A stretch of 27,041 nt of DNA from Candidatus Firestoneibacteriota bacterium (GTDB lineage Bacteria > Oederibacteriota > D2-FULL-39-29 > JBDRBU01), in the NCBI GenBank assembly GCA_043822305.1, contig JBDRBU010000101.1, forward strand, positions 1 through 27,041. Reading direction: 5' to 3'. Positions 25,316-27,041 of the stretch are shown piece by piece. The first letter of the stretch is position 1, and each line of letters opens with the position of its first letter. The notes below the pieces were generated by a model, which made no database searches, was not told the DNA's origin, and saw only the letters and a program-made list of their open reading frames with translations. The position numbers and the translations under genes were made by a program.

Positions 25316-26734
25316 ATGGATTGTAAAATTAAATTTGGAACCTCTGGATGGAGAGGTGTCATCAGTGATGATTTTACATTTAATAATGTAAGGAAAGTTT
25401 CACAAGCGATAGCAAATTATGTTTTAGAAAAAGATGCATCTTCTGGTACGCGGGTAAATAATGGTATAATAATTGGATATGATACAAGATTTTTATCTGA
25501 GGAATTTGCAAAAGTAGCCGCACAGGTATTATCAAGTAATGGAATAAAAGTTTTACTAACCAAAAGAGATGTCCCCACCCCTGTTATTGCATATGAAATC
25601 ATAAGAAGAAAACTTGCGGGTGGTATAAATATTACAGCAAGTCACAATCCACCCGAATATAATGGTTTAAAGTTCTCACCATCCTGGGGAGGACCGGCAC
25701 TTCCAGAGACTACAAAAATCATAGAAAATTATGCCAATAATAAAAATTTAATTATAAAGTCTAACTTGAAATCCGAGATAAAAAAGATAAACCCCAGGAT
25801 GAATTATATAAAAAATATAGAGGAAAAAGTTGATTTAACCCTTATTAAAAAATCAAAGTTAAAAGTAGGAGTAGATTGTTTGTATGGGACCGGAAGAGAT
25901 TATCTTGATTATATATTAAAAAAAATTGCAGACAAGGTTGTTGTCCTTCATAATCAAAGGGATGTATATTTTGGTGGTAGTTCACCTGAACCATCAGAGG
26001 AAAATTTGAAAGAATTAATTAATATAATGAAAGAAAAGAAACCGCACATTGGTTTAGCCGTTGATGGTGATGCTGATAGATTTGGAATAATAGATAGGGA
26101 TGGAACATTTATAAGCCCTAATGAAGTACTTTCATTGCTTTTGGTCTATCTGAAAAAGACAAGAGGTTGGAAAGGATGTGTTGTCAGGACAGTAGCCACT
26201 ACACATTTTATAGATGCTTTAGGTAAAAAATATAATATACCTGTTAAAGAAACTCCAGTAGGTTTTAAGTACATAGGTGAGATAATGTTAAAAGAGGATA
26301 TGATTATAGGCGGAGAGGAAAGTGGTGGTTTAACTATTTATAAGCATATTCCAGAGAAAGATGGAATACTTGCTTGTTTGCTCATGCTTGAAATGGTTGC
26401 ATATGAAAAAAAGTCTATTAGTGAGATTCTTAAAAATTTATATAAAGAAGTTGGATTTTTCATAAATACTAGAATAAATATTAAATTATCAGAGGATAAA
26501 AAAAAGAAATTAATTGATATTTTAAAAAATAATCCACCTTCAAAATTTAGCGAATTTGAAGTTGGTAAATTAATTACAATAGATGGATATAAGTTTTTGT
26601 TCAAAGATGGGAGTTGGATTATGATAAGACTTTCTGGAACAGAGCCATTAGTTCGCTGCTACGCTGAATCTAATTCTAAAAAGAAACTACATCGGATAAT
26701 AAAAATTGGCAAGAAGTTTATCCTGTCTGTGTAA
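25316..26734 (+). CDS. Phosphoglucomutase/phosphomannomutase
   Basis: IKFGTSGWRG, TASHNP (phospho-Ser), DGDADR (metal loop), GEESGG, RLSGTEP; start at 25316 or 25298. Confidence 0.95.
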   Translation: MDCKIKFGTSGWRGVISDDFTFNNVRKVSQAIANYVLEKDASSGTRVNNGIIIGYDTRFLSEEFAKVAAQVLSSNGIKVLLTKRDVPTPVIAYEIIRRKLAGGINITASHNPPEYNGLKFSPSWGGPALPETTKIIENYANNKNLIIKSNLKSEIKKINPRMNYIKNIEEKVDLTLIKKSKLKVGVDCLYGTGRDYLDYILKKIADKVVVLHNQRDVYFGGSSPEPSEENLKELINIMKEKKPHIGLAVDGDADRFGIIDRDGTFISPNEVLSLLLVYLKKTRGWKGCVVRTVATTHFIDALGKKYNIPVKETPVGFKYIGEIMLKEDMIIGGEESGGLTIYKHIPEKDGILACLLMLEMVAYEKKSISEILKNLYKEVGFFINTRINIKLSEDKKKKLIDILKNNPPSKFSEFEVGKLITIDGYKFLFKDGSWIMIRLSGTEPLVRCYAESNSKKKLHRIIKIGKKFILSV

Positions 26735-26736
26735 TT

Positions 26737-26760
26737 AAAATAGGGGCATATCCCATTTTT
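26737..26760 (+). repeat. Short imperfect palindrome after the mutase stop (REP-like or weak terminator)
   Basis: AAAATAGGGGCATATCCCATTTTT has the same layout as 3579-3602. Confidence 0.4.
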
Positions 26761-26938
26761 CTTCTGCACCTGCTTTAGCAGAATATAAAAAAAGTTTAGG
26801 AATAAAATAAACGAGATGGGATATGACAAAAAAACAGGCAGAATATAAAATTATCAGTTAGAGCAATGGTTACTATTAAACTTATTTTTCTATTTTAAAC
26901 GTAAATAGTCAGTAAAAGCCGTGAGGATTATATTTCCA

Positions 26939-26975
26939 TATTCCCCCTTTGTTAAGGGGAATCAAGGGGGTTGTT
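26939..26975 (-). repeat. REP-like hairpin repeat, inverted copy of 3644-3678
   Basis: Reverse complement is AACAACCCCCTTGATTCCCCTTAACAAAGGGGGAATA. Confidence 0.65.
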
Positions 26976-27041
26976 GTTATGAATATCTATGACAATACGA
27001 TATGGAACGGCAACGATTATTAGAATTCATGAAATTTAAGC

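Noticed and set aside
25432..25460. TCTGGTACGCGGGTAAA in the mutase gene as a second intragenic palindrome remnant
   Set aside because: It resembles one arm of the 1231 element but has no complementary arm or clear duplication.
1630..26604. Short ORFs overlapping long genes (e.g. 1630-1950, 2266-2511, 5651-5872, 6345-6605, 12994-13281, 17835-18173, 20571-20837, 23633-23959, 26338-26604)
   Set aside because: They lie within or antisense to well-supported CDSs and show no family motifs.
26778..26850. 13-bp direct repeat GCAGAATATAAAA, 60 bp apart
   Set aside because: Only two AT-rich copies with no associated structure.
27003..27041. Possible gene start MERQRLLEFMKFK at the window end
   Set aside because: Too short to support and has no clear SD.
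1..27041. tRNA, rRNA, riboswitch or integrase genes
   Set aside because: None recognisable by eye; intergenic gaps are short and no tyrosine-recombinase motif appears in any ORF.

Overview
AT-rich bacterial chromosomal window (taxon not assignable from sequence alone). It opens with the left end of an IS3-family element that has cut a Gfo/Idh/MocA oxidoreductase, then a YkgJ-DUF2156 fusion carrying an in-frame 30-bp palindromic insertion. Next is an ECF sigma factor, a zinc-binding anti-sigma with a C-terminal PrcB-like domain, and a 1993-aa alpha-2-macroglobulin lacking the thioester motif; matching GGAACTT-N15-GTCTAA promoters precede the sigma and macroglobulin genes, suggesting a protease-sensing module. 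An integrase-less integron cassette array follows (attC-like sites at 9832, 10419, 11333, 11845) carrying hicBA, an Abi-alpha-like gene and a decayed cassette, bracketed by two inverted REP-like palindromes, one of which truncates a DUF2723 pseudogene. Then come an OmpR-family two-component system with 11-bp-periodic repeats in front of an orphan GspG-like pseudopilin, a second degenerate cassette cluster (two CPBP-like proteins, ICMT-like, DUF2141), a MazEF-type TA pair, an SF1 helicase-nuclease fusion (defence candidate), and a sugar-phosphate nucleotidyltransferase/mutase operon. All family assignments are by eye from motifs; no searches were run.
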